A stretch of 61,133 nucleotides of DNA, counting the filler, from Sphacelaria rigidula (Eukaryota): the NCBI GenBank assembly GCA_964200075.2. It is 6 parts of 6 records of this genome, joined end to end, with 100 filler letters (N's around TTAATTAATTAA, not from the genome) between each part and the next. Parts side by side here need not be neighbours in the genome. Positions count along the whole stretch, not along the records: positions 10,207 to 20,312 come from CAXNAA020007128.1; positions 20,413 to 30,518 come from CAXNAA020007129.1; 4 more parts are not named here. The stretch is one strand, 5' to 3'. The notes beneath the pieces were generated by a model, which saw nothing but the letters and a program-made list of their open reading frames with translations, was not told the DNA's origin and searched no databases. A program made the translations under genes and the position numbers. Shown here piece by piece: positions 12,958 through 22,964 of this stretch. Each line of letters starts with the position of its first letter. Position 1 is the stretch's first letter.

Positions 12958-13156
12958 TGTAATGCGTGAGAGGACCGCGTGCTTAAAGGACCGCGCCGTA
13001 GTTTAGAACACCTCAGGATCGACGTTTTTCATAAACAATCGGGCCAGTACCTGCAGGTACCACGCCCCTGACTATAACCCTAACCCTAACCCTAACCATG
13101 GGGATGTTCAAATTCTGATGCAATCCTCTAAGCACATGGTCCTCTCACGCATTACA
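12958..13156 (+). mobile_element. TGT...ACA MITE with internal telomere-like (TAACCC)n, copy 1 (Ginger-like termini)
   Basis: TIRs TGTAATGCGTGAGAGGACC / GGTCCTCTCACGCATTACA; internal TAACCCTAACCCTAACCCTAACC at 13075-13097; no clear TSD. Confidence 0.85.
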
Positions 13157-13259
13157 CTCGGCTCCCATATCGTAACCCATCACAGTGCATCCTGTGTTGC
13201 ATACAACCTCTTCTCCGCTGCCACGCTGGTTCAACCCCAATGTGTAGCCCAGACATGAA

Positions 13260-13703
13260 AACACGGGATCTTACAAATTGGGTATGGATCTTTTATTGGG
13301 GATGAGAAACCCGGAGAATTAAAATATTCGTTTCCACACCAAATCTTCGAAATATGGCTCCATTCCTTCACCTCCTGATAGCTATTGACAACTGCTACAC
13401 GCCACAGAAATTTGGATTTCGATCACCGAAATGTTGGGGTCCTTGGCGAAAAACCAACTTAGGAACCATTTTGCCGTCCGTTCGGACACCCGAAATTCCC
13501 CAAAATTGGTTTTTCCCCTCGGACCTCAACATTTCGGTGATCGAGATCCAAATTTCTATGGCGTGCAGCAGTTGTTAATAGCGATCAGTAGGTGAAGAAA
13601 TGGAATCCTATTTCGAAGATTTGGTGCGGATACGAAGATTTTAATTCTCCAGGTTTCTCGTCCCCAATAAAAGATCCATCCCCAACTTCTAAGATCCCGT
13701 GTT
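13260..13703. mobile_element. Long palindromic foldback MITE, TGAA target duplication
   Basis: AACACGGGATCTTA... / ...TAAGATCCCGTGTT with ~200-bp inverted arms; TGAA on both sides; removal leaving one TGAA restores the host frame. Confidence 0.85.
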
Positions 13704-16700
13704 TGAAGCTTTCTTCAGTGCCCCAACGGCTCCTCCACCAAATTCTATCTTCTCACCGTCGTCTTCTGGCCTATCACATTCCACCTCATGCAGTTCTCTC
13801 TGCAACTTTGTCCGTGGTGTGCCAAGATCAGTTGAGAGTCTTTTGCTGCGGGAGCGAATCAGGTGGGCAACTGGGTGTGGGGCTGGGCATCAAAGAGTCG
13901 ATCTGCAACAACACTACCTTTACCACTGAGGAAATTGACGAGCGCCTCGCGGCAATGCGGTTTGAAATCTCGGGGCAACGTGGGGCGATCAATTTCATAG
14001 CTGCGTAAGCACCAATCAAAGTCGCCAAGGTCGAAAAACCAAACAAGTTCTCCGGGGTGGTCTTAACAACCCCGTCGGAGGAGTGCGTGTATGTGTCGAT
14101 GGACGCTAACGCGCGAACGAGGAAAATATTGGGAGATACTCCACAGGACCAAGGAGTTGTATGTGCCTATGGACGTGATGAGCTGAATGACAACGTACAC
14201 CTACCGTTAAGTTTTGCAGCCGACAACAAACTAGCCATCACGAACACCTTCTTCAGTACGCATGAAGGTGGAAAGTCACTCACGTACAACGGTGTCGCAG
14301 GGAACCGCGCGAGTGACTTCAAGTGCATAGACTACATACTCACACGGCAGGCACACCGAGGCAGAGTGCGCAACGTGGTCGCACACCCCCAGCCCGCACC
14401 TCCGGCGAAAGCTGACTCGGATCACAACATGGTGGTGACCGCTGTCAACCTCGGTGGCCGCCTCGCCCACACCTGTATCGTACGAACCAAATCGAAGCAG
14501 TGGCATTTCAGTAGACAGAAACTGCGGATAAAAAAAGCACGGCAGCATGTGATGGAGAGGTTCCTATACAATCTCGGGAAGCGAGCATATTAGCCACCCA
14601 CCACCACACCGGCGGCCCGGAAGGGGTCCGCCGAAGCAATCCTCGAAGCAGCACAGACGAAACTCCCCGCCGGAACACGGATGCCACGTACGATGGAGTG
14701 GCGTGGAAGTCCCGACACGAGAGTAACAGTAGAGGCAGCGCTTCCCCATCAACGGGAGGCGCGCCACCGGACGAAGGACAACCGGACCCCAGCAATGTGG
14801 AAATCGCTCAGAGCCGCGTGTAAGGGAGTACGCAATGCGACGGCGTCGATGCACACCTGGAGAGGTATGTGGCGAGGCTAGAAGCGATATATGAAGATCG
14901 CGACATGCGAGGCCTGTACAAACACCGCAAGAGGTCGGTGGTCCTTGGCGGAAGGCGATTAGGGGGGGAGCAGTTCATCAAGGACGAGAGCGGGGTTCTA
15001 CTGGGGAACAAAATTGAGATCCTGAGGCGATAAGGGAGGTTTGTCCAAACCCTGCTCAACACCAAATTGCCGAGGCTGAACTCAGTCATTATCGAGGAGA
15101 TGAAGCAGCGACCGACAGCATTACCCAACAGAGATTCGGTACTGCTTGAGTCAGCACCAACGCTGGAGACCATACGAGCAGTCCGGGGGATGTGAAACTG
15201 GGAAGCGCCGGGACGCGATCCCCTCCCTGTAGAACTACTCAAGATCGACGGTCACGCCGAGACCATCGTTATCGAATGCTTCCATGTCATCCTCGTCGAG
15301 GTGGGGTCCCGCGGTAGTGGAAAGACGCTACGATAAAAGTTCTCTACAAGAAATTGGATCGCTCCAACTGTAACAACTACCGGGGAATCTCACTGGTGTC
15401 GCACGCAGGCAAAGTGCTTTGAAGGTAGTCACCAACCGCCTCAGCGACTACTGCGTAGCCCACGTTATACTGCCGTAGGAACAGTGCGGCTTCCGACCTG
15501 ATCGATCTACCATCGACATGTTCCTAGTACGCCGACTCCAGAAACTGGGACGATGACGGAGGATACCACTATATATCTGCCTCGTCGACCCCCAAAAGGC
15601 CCATGATTCGGTCGACCGTGCCTACCCGAGTCGGTATTCCGGACGAGATGATAGCACTTATCCGCCACTTCCACGATGGCATGCAGGCCCACGTACGCAT
15701 GGACGACGGGGAGCTCTCGAAGTGGTTCGAGGTCACCCAGAGACTACGGCAAGGATGTCTGCTGTCTCCGCTGCTGTTCAACATCTTTTTCGCTGCAGCG
15801 ATGGAAATAGTTCTCGAGAAATTCAGTGAGGACGATATCATCCTCAAGGACATGGTATAGCTCGACGAGGAGACGGTGAGGGGGATGGAAATACCTCTGG
15901 GGCGCGTACGGAGAGCGGTGTGAGGAATCCGACATGGCGATCACGCGGCCGTCGTCTCGAGGTCCCCCAACGACCTGGCGGCGATGATGGCCGGTATAGT
16001 GCATGTGTTTGAGGCCTTCGGATTGACGGTGTCGGAGAAGAACACAGAAACTCTACTGATGTGAAAAACGGAAAAATCGCCACAGAAGGGGGAGCCACCA
16101 ACACCACCTCCCCTCCACTGATCATCGAAGCAGCGGACCAGAAGTACGCACAAACCACGAAGTTCCGATACTTGGGTGGGCTCGTCACCGAAGATGACGA
16201 GCTCACACAAGAGATCAACAACCGGAGCAGAGCCGTGTGGGCGTGCATCAAAAGGTTTTCCTAGGAGTTCTTTGACCAACGCGTGGGCGGTACACTACCG
16301 GCTCCTACTGCGTGTTATCGGATACCGCCGCGAGGTGGCACATACCGACAGTTACTGTACGACGAGGCCCTAAAGAAGACCGGATGCCAAAGTGCTGAAG
16401 CCATCGTACGACAAGGGCGATTGCTGTCCGCGGGTGCTCTGGCTAGACAACCGGACGGACGACTACCGAAGCTAGCATTCGGAATACTCGTGAGGGGGAA
16501 GGATCCAGGACCAGGGTGCCTGGAGCAAAACTGGATGGAGTGCCCGAGGGACGTATTTTAAGCTTTCGAAGCCACGACCGGCTCTACGGACGACAACCGA
16601 CAGGCGGTCGGAGTCAAAAGTGCCCTCTGGCCTTCAGCAGCGAAGAGGGAAGGGGGGATACCATGGCACGCGGGGGTGCTGCAGGGAGCGGAGAGGTTCA

Positions 16701-16896
16701 TGACCTCTTGGTACAAGAACAGGGAAGAGGCCAGCCGAATACGTGCGATTAAACGTGAGCTTCGAGGAGAGCAGGGAGGAGATGGGAGAATGCATAGCCA
16801 GCTTGTACCGAACTGAACATGGCGGAAGTGGCAGGACCCCCCATCATCTTCCCTTGTCTTATTTTTCCCGACTAATTGCTGCCTTCCATGTACCCC

Positions 16897-17073
16897 TGTA
16901 ATGCGTGAGAGGACCGCGTGCTTAGAGGACCGCATCGGAATTTGAACATCCCTATGATTAGGGTTGGGTTTAGGGTAAGGGGCGTGGTACCTGCAGGGAC
17001 TGACCCGATTAGTTTTGAAAAACGTCAATCCTGAGGTATTTTGAACTACGGCGCGGTCCTCTCACGCATTACA
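16897..17073 (-). mobile_element. Telomere-repeat MITE, copy 2, in the LINE 3' region
   Basis: Same TIRs, opposite orientation (TTAGGGTTGGGTTTAGGGTAAGGG); flanked by 4-bp TSD CCCC/CCCC. Confidence 0.85.
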
Positions 17074-18427
17074 CCCCTCCCCCGAGGTGGTGCGTTGTTA
17101 TGTGGTGCTTTTCCTGTTTTGCCCAGTATATTCGTACACGTGGCTGTCCCTCTAGACGTACAAGGATAAAAACCCTGCGATTCCTATGGCTTTGGTTGGT
17201 GATCTTTGTCCCTAAGTTGGGCTTCCTTCCTGCTTGGCTTCGCATGTTGAGTGGACCAATGGGCTCTGCCTTCAGCAGCCCAAATGGTCTCATACGGCGT
17301 CGGAACTTTGGAGGCTATCAGGACATGAATATTCTACTCCTTCTTTTTTCTTGTATCGCGACTGTGTGAGTTATTTCTGGGTCTTTCTTTCTCTTTTGTT
17401 TCTCTTTCACCCTATTTTCAGGTAGTTAGCCTGTGAACACGGAAGGCCTTCGCATCAGATTCCCAGTACAGGGTACTGCGCAGATATCGGAACGGTTTTT
17501 AATGTGAAGATAAGATGAAGAAGAACAAGAAGAACAGTCCAACAACAGTCCAACAATCAACGGTGGCAATGAGCCGAATACGAAGTTCCGTCCTTCACGC
17601 TGCACATATCCACACATTTGACGTGTACCTGTGGCGTTCTAGATGAGTTCGAGCTTTTGACATGGCAAAGCAGATGTCTTGGGAAGCGGAGAAGAATGGC
17701 CGCAATGAGCGACGCATGCGGGGTGTGAAAGACGATGGTACTTTGGCGCGTGATATTGTTTTGTTGGCCGAAAGTTCAACCCCTCTCCTACCCCGGGACG
17801 AGTCCCCACCCACCAACGAATCAATTCATATCTCGTCGTCCACACTACTTGGCTGATTCAAGGATCTCCGTAGACTACCGGATCAGGTGTGAGAGGCGAC
17901 GCCACTTTGGTCCGTGGATGAACCTGGCATTATTATTGACGCGCCTACCATGTGCGTGTCCCGTTGTTTCCTCTTTGCATCCTATACGCTATCACGGCCG
18001 AGTGTTCCTCTCTGTCATTCATTGTTTTTTTGCCCCCTCTGTAAGGGCCAACACACTGCGGGTCGGGGGGTGGGGTGACTTGTGTCGGACTTTCCTTTGT
18101 AGCTTCATTTTGTACCCCATCACTGTCGTCACAACCATCTCAACGGCCATCGTAGCAGCCTTACCCTCAACGATTCCCTCACTCCATAACCCTAGATCCA
18201 CAACGCTTTGCGACGTGTCAGGGTAAGCGCATATGGGTCATTCACCCTTTTTGCTTCCTCCAATCCTTCAATATTCCGACCCAAAACTTTGTCGATATTC
18301 AGTGTCCATTTGTTCTCGAAAAGACGGCGACGGGGAGATTCAATCACAGACAAAATGCTTTAGATCACAAGGCCGAGAACACACATCAACGAACGTGCGT
18401 TCCACCCACTCCTCATTAGTACAGCTC

Positions 18428-18638
18428 TGTCATGCGTGAGAGGACCGCGTGCTTAGAGGACTGCATCGTACTTTGAAACACGTCGGGATCGACTTTTTTC
18501 GAAGCGAATCGGGCCAGTCCCTGCAGGGACCACGCCCCGGACCCTAACCACAACACTAACCCTAACCCTAACCCCAACCATAGGGATGTCTAAACTCCGA
18601 TGCCGTCCCTTAAGCACGCGGTCCTCTCACGTATTACA
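18428..18638 (+). mobile_element. Telomere-repeat MITE, copy 3
   Basis: TGTCATGCGTGAGAGGACC...GGTCCTCTCACGTATTACA; internal CCCTAACC...CTAACCCTAACCCTAACCCCAACC; flanks GCTC/GCAC (3 of 4 match). Confidence 0.85.
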
Positions 18639-19249
18639 GCACGACCCTTGCTCACATTTTGTCGCCCGTTATTCACGAATCGAACGCATCATCTCTCATG
18701 TTGTCATCATCGTAAGGAATACAATTGAAGCCGAATCTAGCTGCAGGCAATCTGGATCTGGGAACCTTACTGCCCGATGACTAGAGTGATTTGGGTAAGA
18801 AGTGGATTTTACGACACCACTTGAACCCATCTTATGGGATTTGGTGATGCGATCTTGAAATATATCGTCGTGTCACGGGTGCCTAAAGACGGTTACACCC
18901 GAGAAAGCCCCAAAACTTGGGACTCACGTTAGTTCTTGTTTTTGTAGAGGTCGTGAGATCTCACTGGTGTCGTCAATGTGGAGGTCGTGAGCCTCCCGGC
19001 GACGGTGGGAGCCGTCGAAGGTGGCCAATGATTTTTCTCGTGTTTATGTAGTCAAGGATTGACCATAAGTCGTGGGGTGCAGGCAAGTCGATCACTCGCG
19101 AAAGCCCGACGAGCGCGAGCGAGTTAGCCCGAAGAAGAAATGATCCCCAGGGATAGCCAGTAGTTCGCTGAAAAGATCACTGTTACCTTGGGATCCCAGA
19201 TCTGGCTGTGTACAGATATGGGACTTTCGGGACTCCCGGGAACTACTCT

Positions 19250-19683
19250 GTAACAGGCCGTTCACTCGGTTACACGCCATGAAAGGAAATCTTGCCCCAC
19301 ATGCCGAAATGGCGATGTCCACATTCTCTTGTTTCACGTCCAACCCCTCCCCTTCCGCAAGACGAGTCTGCGGTCACAAGGGATCAGTCTATCTGTCCCC
19401 CGGTACACGCCATACATTTTGGTATCGCGGATTGTAGCATGACCGTCAACACGCCAGCACCCCGTCAACTCTCGCCTCAATAAACTCAGTCGAATATACT
19501 TGCTATCGACGCGGTCCTCACTCACGTCCTCACGTTAACAACGACTGAAATTAGATACCTGTGAGAAAAAAGCCAAATTAGACTCACCTGGCGGGAATCA
19601 ACCTCACGTTAGTCCTAACCAAATGATGTTGGTTGGTGTCGGTGGCACCATTACAGTACGAGTAGACCACCGGAGCGCGGCGG
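19250..19683 (-). mobile_element. Probable second tRNA-related SINE family
   Basis: Minus-strand head CCGGTGGTCTA...GAGGTTGATTCCCGCC...TTTTTTCTCACA parallels the family 1 head (CCGGTGGCTCAG...GGTTCGAATC...TTTTTTCTCACA) but the body differs; single copy here. Confidence 0.4.
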
Positions 19684-20312
19684 TCACTTTGTTTGATGTA
19701 TGTGATCTGTCGTGCATTGCTCGTAAGCACAACAAGCACGACAATGCTCTGGCGGAAGTCAGCATGACTGGGACGACCTTTTTTCCCGTCTACATGTCGA
19801 TTCGAAGGCTCTGCTCAGTACCTGGTGCAGTATGCGTTGTGCCCAGAAACCACAGGAACTGTACATGAGCAATGTCGCATGGTTGTGGCAATCATCACTG
19901 CGAACGTGACTCGTCTTACGCTGTGTTCGTGAAGTCGACGAAGCGCGGTGATGCCGTTGTCGCTTAGGCTAAGCTCGTCTTAACGGCTATAGCGTTCGCA
20001 ATACATGGCTTGCCACGAGGTGCGTCACCCTGTCGCCGCTCACTAGGTTGTACGCCCAAATGACACCGCGATATCGGCTCAGGAGTCGAGGCTAAAACCA
20101 TCAATACGGCCACCGAACACCTCTCCAGCGACCATGTCTCAGATCCAGGGGGTCTTAATTTGGGGGATGATCTCATGCTAGGATCACATCAATTTCTCGC
20201 AAAAGAACGATATATAATCTCGAGTGTAACGGTTCAAGCGATAACCTATCACTTATACCATGGTGGGGGGGGGGGCGTACTCATTTGTTGCTTGCCTTAT
20301 TCGTGTGACCAT

Positions 20313-20412
20313 NNNNNNNNNNNNNNNNNNNNNNNNNNNNNNNNNNNNNNNNNNNNTTAATTAATTAANNNNNNNNNNNNNNNNNNNNNNNNNNNNNNNN
20401 NNNNNNNNNNNN
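20313..20412. other. Artificial contig linker
   Basis: N44-TTAATTAATTAA-N44. Confidence 0.98.
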
Positions 20413-21640
20413 TGTAAAACGACGTAAAAGCTCCAAAAATACATTTTTCCGGGTTTTTATTTTTGTCTATTATAGGAAGCGGCCTTATCGAAGAAAAAAA
20501 ATCCTGAAAAAAAATCCAACGGTAGATTTTTCGAATAATATGATGTAGGCAGGCCGATTCTTGTGGGCAAAGATGATAATCTGGAACAGTGCCTTTTGGA
20601 GCTTCCACGTCGTTTTGCCCCTTGAGAGACAGAGAGGCAGAGAGAGACAGAGAGTTAGACTTATTTTGGCACCTTGGAATGCTTTGCTCTTCTCGTTGAG
20701 ACGGTCCCATCACATCGGTAGGTTTTTCCGATGGCTACATTTTTTTTTCTTGCCCAAACTTTCATTTTCCTCGGAGAACGCTCATTTTTCTCGGAGACCA
20801 GTCAAGTCCGGACGAATCCCGGAAAATTCCGTGACTTGACCCGGTCTCCGAGAAAAATCAGCGGTCCTCGAGAAAAATGCGAGTTTAGGCAAGAAAAAAA
20901 GTGTGGCCGCCGGAAAAACGCACAATTGTGCTGGGACCGCCTCAACAAGTACAACAAGACATTCCAAGGCATCAAAATCCGCCTGGCTCACCCTTAGGGC
21001 GCAGGGCGCAAAACCACATAGAAGCTCCAAAAATGCGCTTTATCCAGATCTTTACTTTTGCTACAAGGAGCGACCTCAAGCAAGTCTGGACTTTTTTACC
21101 TGGTTGAGAAGTCCATTGTCACATTTCTTGGAGATTTTGTTTTCTTCTCTTCTTCTTTGCCGCTTCGTATAACAGACAAGAATAAAACCCTGAAAAAGTG
21201 CTCTTTTGGAGCTTTTACGTCGTTTTAAGCCATATGAGAGAGCTAGGCGGACTTTAACACCTTGGAATGATTTGCTCTACTGATTGAGGGGGTTCCAGGA
21301 CGATTCCTCGTTCTCCGGTGGCCGTACTTTTTATTTTCGCCAACCAAGAATTTTAGTCCAAGAACGGTCGAGAACAGTAGAGAAATTCGCCATATTTCTC
21401 TGGACTCGACCCTTCTTGGACAAAAATTCTTCTTTGGTCAAAATAAAAACTGCGGCCACCGAGAAACGGGGAAATGTCCTGGAACCACCTCAATGAGTAG
21501 AGCAAATCATTGCAAGGTGTCAAACTCCGCCTAGCTCTCTGTCAAGGCGTAAAACTATGTAAAATCTTCAAAAAAGCAGTTTTCAAGGTTTTTATTTATG
21601 TTTGTTATAAGAAGCGGCCTCACAAAGGCTGAAAAGTCTG
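20413..21640. repeat. Chain of interlocking palindromes (foldback-type element)
   Basis: Hairpins at ~20650-20990 and ~21236-21540 share stem ends (CACCTTGGAATG..TTGCTCT). Module TAAAACGACGTAAAAGCTCCAAAA occurs direct at 20415, inverted at ~21205-21228 and direct but diverged at ~21550. Confidence 0.75.
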
Positions 21641-21867
21641 AAAAAAACAGCCCGCCCTTGTTGTGATCTGATGTGATTTCACATTGCATGTCAGAGGCTC
21701 CAAGACTCTCCACCCAGATGACAATACCTCGACACATGCGGCAGCTTCAGGGACAACTCAAGTTGTCACTCTGTGCAGCTAAGACGCATGCCTATCAACA
21801 CAAACAAGTTCAGTTTTGATCGCGCAGATCCCTGCTGTAATTTTTTTTCTACTGAGGTCACGGAGAC

Positions 21868-22637
21868 CATTTAGTGCAAATGTTGCCCTACCCCGGCAGT
21901 TGATATGTGCGATCATGGTATTGGATGATGGCCACGAGTATAATAATAGTAGCTAGTTATACCTGGTTCACTTTCAGCCTCCTGCGATTGGTGCAGCGCG
22001 AGTAATCTTCGATCGCATGTCGAATGGGAATATTCGAAAATGTCTTTTTGGCTTGAACAGATAAGCCGGTCACTCCGGTGGCTCAGCGGGTAACCTCGAA
22101 AGCTTCTGACGGTTGGGTCGTGGGTTCGAATCTCGGAGCGATCTGGGATTTTTTCTCACACCATGCCCAACAGTGGAGAGCGACCATGTCGTGGGTACAC
22201 GACATTCGACTCACACACGAAATTCGACTTAACAGTGACGAGGGAAAGGGACTGCTGAACCCCTCTCGCGATAAAAATAAAGGCAAATAAAGGCAAGCAC
22301 CGCCGACGGAAAGTGGGGTACTGACAAGAATTAAAAAAAAAAAAGTCCTGGTGTTGACCTTTTCCTCAGTGTTACCCCGGCGCCCACATATACCGAAAGG
22401 TGTAGACCGGCGTCCGGAATAGATGGGGCGACAACAAGGTAATCTAGATACCATTTGGTGAAAATGTTGCACTATCCCGGCAGTTGATTTGTGCGATCCT
22501 GGTATTGAATGATGGCTAGTGGCTAGCTGTACCTGGTTGAGTTCTAGCCTCTTACAATTGCTGCAGCGCGAGTAATCTTCAATCTTCGATGGCGTGTTGG
22601 ATGGGCATATTGGAAAATGACGTTTTGGCTTGTACAG
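21868..22637 (+). repeat. Diverged ~190-bp direct duplication (21868-22060 and 22451-22637) flanking a SINE
   Basis: CCATTT.GTG.AAATGTTGC.CTA.CCCGGCAGTTGAT...GCAGCGCGAGTAATCTTC...TTTTGGCTTG.ACAG is present twice. Confidence 0.75.
22065..22437 (+). mobile_element. tRNA-derived SINE, family 1, full-length copy
   Basis: A-box TGGCTCAGCGGG and canonical B-box GGTTCGAATC; colinear with 6212-6570. Confidence 0.85.
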
Positions 22638-22964
22638 ATTTCGTTGTCTGTTTGCGCTTCAGTGGGGGCGTCATCCATCGCCGGTTTGTGTGCTGTACTC
22701 AGTGGAATTGAGCGGGACTTCGATAAGGGCGTAGATTCAGACAATTTTTATGGCTATGTATCGCTGCCATTGTGATGTCTTGCTCTGCTCACTTCTTTGA
22801 CTCTGTCGCGTCATATTTCTAGGGTGCTGATGAAAAACGTGACACCCAACCGGGGGTAACACGGTTCGGGATTATCGATGGATACACGTGCGCTATCCAA
22901 GCTCTATCTGCCGCAGAGAGCTCAACAAAATTGCCTTGTTTGTTTGATTGTTTGTCATCCGCAC

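Larger units (their letters stand above)
12069..13829 (-). pseudogene. Antisense insert in the LINE endonuclease: decayed Ser/Thr/Ala-rich then Arg/Glu-rich ORF (possibly ORF1/gag of another retroelement)
   Basis: The minus-strand frame of ORF 12307-12825 stays open up to ~13826 once the MITEs at 12958-13156 and 13260-13703 are removed. Confidence 0.55.
11600..17537 (+). mobile_element. Decayed RTE-like non-LTR retrotransposon (AP endonuclease + reverse transcriptase), interrupted by nested insertions
   Basis: Endonuclease start VAIYNVKALAV...ISVAGLQETRR (11915-12060) resumes at 13830 (RVFCCGSESGGQLGVGLGIKES; ITNTFF; IDYIL; SDHNMV). RT motifs NYRGISL, EQCGFRP, RQGCLLSPLLFNI and KFRYLGG follow. 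Many stops and frameshifts. GAA-rich tail at 17505-17537. The 5' boundary is approximate. Confidence 0.9.

Noticed and set aside
13075..13097. True telomere or chromosome end
   Set aside because: Only 3-4 units, enclosed in MITE TIRs and internal to the contig.
22065..22145. Functional tRNA gene (also 6212-6290)
   Set aside because: A/B boxes are present, but I could not fold a convincing cloverleaf and the sequence continues into a shared repeat body; it is a SINE head.
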